From positions 4,813,888-4,877,887 of the forward strand of contig NC_092676.1 of assembly GCF_964355755.1 (NCBI RefSeq): a DNA stretch of 64,000 bases. The letters are read 5' to 3'. The translations under genes and the position numbers were made by a program. The notes beneath the pieces are model-generated. The model saw nothing but the letters and a program-made list of their open reading frames with translations. It made no database searches and was not told the DNA's origin. Positions 60,826 to 64,000 of this stretch are shown here, one piece after another (the first letter of the stretch is position 1; each line of letters starts with the position of its first letter). Source of the DNA: Antedon mediterranea (lineage: Eukaryota; Animalia; Echinodermata).

Positions 60826-62799
60826 TAAATTGTTAATTAGACCACAAACTCTTGGTTCTTGACCAAGTCAGTATAAAATTTAATTAATCAAGATTATTAT
60901 AATATAATTACAATTAACAGAAATGTGAGTGAAAAGGAATGAAATATCTATAATTTCAAATGATCGTATTAAGGATAAATTTATTTTAGATTTATGATAT
61001 TGATTTTTTTTTTTTAATTAAAAAGAAACAAAGATTGAACTATGTTGAACTTTAAAAGTTACAGTAAAAAAACCTGTAACATGGAGATCCAACAATCCAA
61101 CAACACATTTAACTGTTATTCTCGTAAATTGCTTGTTATGTTCTTGGTTTGAGGTTTAAGGCAAAAGAACAAAGGTATTGTGGTGGAAGGTGTTTCATCA
61201 TCTCACCTATGATTAACTTTAAAACAACAAGCTTGCACAAACTGGATTTTCTTGGCACCTGAATCATTTTCTAGAATGTCAAGCTCCTTCATCGAACATT
61301 CTAGAAAGTTGCATAATGTGACAGACCGGATATTAAGCAACACTGCATTGTAAATCTATTTCATTTATTTATTCTGTCTTTAAAGTATTGATTTCCACTT
61401 ATTACTTATTGATTGAGAAGTCGTTATCATGATTTGTTCAATTTAAAATATAATGTCTTTGTATTGATTTCCAAAGTGGTTTAGTAAATAAAGTTGAATT
61501 ATTGGACAATAATACAATGTATTCATCAAAGAAATTACAGTCAAAATCAAATCAATCAAAATTTGTTAAAACTAATAAACTATTTTTAGTAAACAATATT
61601 AAGGATGTATTTAATGTCCCCCAAAAACATGAAAAATAAAAATTACTTTAATCAGGTTATTTTGTAGTTCTAATAAGTTATAATCACTTCCGTAGAAAAA
61701 AACAAAAACAAAAAATGTTTTCACTTATAAAATGACATAATAAATGGTTAAATTCAAACAAAATTCCATTTACTGGCAGTCAATTTGACTATTTTTTGCT
61801 TAAAATTACAGTTTTTTCAGTTAAATATCTTTTTTTTTGGATCCAATTTTTGGTCAAAGTAGATAACTATTATGTGACATAAAATTGCATATTCCAAAAA
61901 AAAAAAAAAACAACTATTTTTCAGGGAGGTAAACATCTTTAAGTATTAACAGTTTATCTCCTCTTACCACATTAAATGACATAGTTGATGAATAAGTATA
62001 TCTTTCATCTCAAATAAATAAATAAACATTTATTTCTTTCATTCATATTTGAGTAAAAAAACATTATAATTTCTGATATTTTATAAATAAATATTTTTTT
62101 TTTTTTTTTAGAGATAAATACAGTAAATTATAATGTATAAAAAGATGATTCAGTTATATACAAAATGAAAGAGGCAAAAAAACCCAAGAAAGTATCGATC
62201 AATTGGAAACAAAAATCCAATTGAAACTTGTATGTTGGGAAGCCATGTAAGAAGATTATATACTTATATATATAAATGTAAACATCATCTCTCTACCACA
62301 TCCTTCCCTTTCCCAAACTTGTTACCAAATATAATTGTGCCATCGCTTTAATGATGGCCACCAACAATGACCGTTACTCTATTGGCTTCTTGACTCAAGA
62401 AAGAAAAAACATCACAAGACAGTTATGTACTTTCCCTTTCTGTAACAAAAATAGAAAAAGAATTCCTGTCATTGGCCAAGTTTTAAATGTGTTGGTTCAA
62501 CTCTATTGTTTATAGTTTTTAGTGTGGTGTTGCAATATTATTTGAACCACTGCCAACACTTGTCACTCACCTGTTAACAGTAAGAATGAGTACTGAGCTT
62601 TTAAATTAATCATAATTTAATATAGAAATGGAATAATATAATATATGTAGAAAGCTATAAATAAAAGTAAAATTATTTACTATAAAGTTTGGAATCTTAA
62701 TTGTAGAATCATGTTAAAAATGATAAAAAACATGATTTTAACGTTTATGATTAACAACAACATAAAAGACAAAATGTTGTTTACTGCAGTAAGTGCAGT

Positions 62800-63560
62800 A
62801 ATTTTGACATAGTTTCCAACATGATGGCAATATTTATAGTTTTTGTACTGTTTCTAGATGTTTTCAAAACTCAACATTATAGCAACATTTATATTAAAAT
62901 TGACTTGTTTCTAAATGTTGTCAAAGTTCGGAAACTCAATGTTATAGGAACATTTATAGTTTGGTTTTTTTTAATGTTTGGAAACTCAACATTATATAGC
63001 AATAATTAAATGTGTAGACTTTGTTGCCAAAATATGGAAAATTAATATTATAGCAACATTTATAGTTGTGTAGACTTGTTTCCAGATGTTGTCAAAGTTT
63101 GGAAGCTCAACATAATATATAGCAACATTTAGTTGTATAGATTTCTTTTTAGATGTTGCCAAAGTTTAAAAACTCAATATTATAGGAGTATTTTGTTGTG
63201 TAAGGCCTGTTTCTAGACGTTGCCAAAGTTTGGAAACTTCATATTATAGAAACATTTATAATTGTGTAGACCTGTTTCTAGATGTTGTTAAAGTTTGAAA
63301 ACGTTATATTATAGGAACATTTAGTTGAGTAAGGCATGTTTCTAGATGTTGTCAAAGTTTGAAAGCGTTATATTGTAGGAACATTTAGTTGAGTTGACCA
63401 ACAATATTTGACAGCTTCCAGATGAGTTTGAAGACTCAACACAGTTTCTAGATGTTTTAAAAGTTTGCAAACTTCATGTTGTACCAACAAGCTAATGTTC
63501 CTATTTGTAAACATTCCAGTTGTGCAACATACTGCTGTGTGTTTCTAGATAACTCTTTTA
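62800..63560. repeat. Degenerate tandem repeat with unit of about 60-66 bp
   Basis: TTTCTAGATGTTG.CAAAGTTTG.AAAC..ATATTATAG.AACATTTA recurs about 10 times. Confidence 0.85.
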
Positions 63561-64000
63561 ACATTTCAGAAATTATATCCACATAAATAAGCTTATCATG
63601 TATTTGGCTATTGGAATTGTATTCATGTTTGTTGAAGTTGAAAAAGTTTGGAAATACTCAAAACATTGCATAAGTTTTGCAGTGTTGTTAACATGTTCAT
63701 TATGTTATATATTGTTGTTGTAATAGATGTACTGGTTTGACCTTCTAATCGGTTTAATCACCTTGGCACACTGACAGAAAATCCTTTGCCAGGATTCTAA
63801 TAGATTTTCTAATTCCTTGCCAGAATAGATTATCACCTGCCTATCAGAATTATTTTTCGTAAACATTAAAAAAAAATGTTTAAACTTCTACAATATAATT
63901 ATGGAAACTTAAGTTTCAAATCAAATCATTTCTAACATAACTTTTCCCTCAACATTCGATTTAACCCCAAAAAATATGAAAGAAGGTCAATCTCCATAAA

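Noticed and set aside
58531-64000. Remaining IGF2R exons (end of domain 15, TM, cytoplasmic tail)
   Set aside because: No convincing exon found; a candidate near 61154 hits a stop and lacks MRH motifs, so the gene presumably continues beyond the window.

Overview
AT-rich, intron-rich animal genomic DNA, probably an invertebrate deuterostome such as an echinoderm (inferred from a Deu-domain SINE and the divergence from vertebrate proteins). Three + strand spliced genes were reconstructed by hand from GT-AG boundaries and reading-frame continuity: (1) the 3' half of androglobin (ADGB; circularly permuted globin and IQ-like motif, stop at 11045); (2) a complete 7-exon VTA1 (ESCRT/VPS4 cofactor, 12315-16202); (3) a cation-independent mannose-6-phosphate/IGF2 receptor (IGF2R/CI-MPR), with 39 exons from 18585 to 58530 covering MRH domains 1 to mid-15 and running off the window. 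The introns contain about 22 copies of one Harbinger-type MITE, other MITEs, a Foldback/MULE-like element with a 10-bp TSD, a CR1-group LINE 3' end, tRNA- and 5S-derived SINEs, Penelope-like remnants with hammerhead ribozyme motifs, and two large tandem arrays (96-bp and 16-bp units) that generate all of the very long ORFs in the track. Highlights: receptor domain 11 (the IGF2-binding domain in mammals) carries a full Q-R-E-Y mannose-6-phosphate signature; domain 13 lacks the FnII insert and has a phase-1 intron at the insertion point; an intact-looking A3-U8 variant minimal hammerhead; and a minisatellite built from a SINE B-box. Comparisons with human proteins are from memory, and no database search was run.
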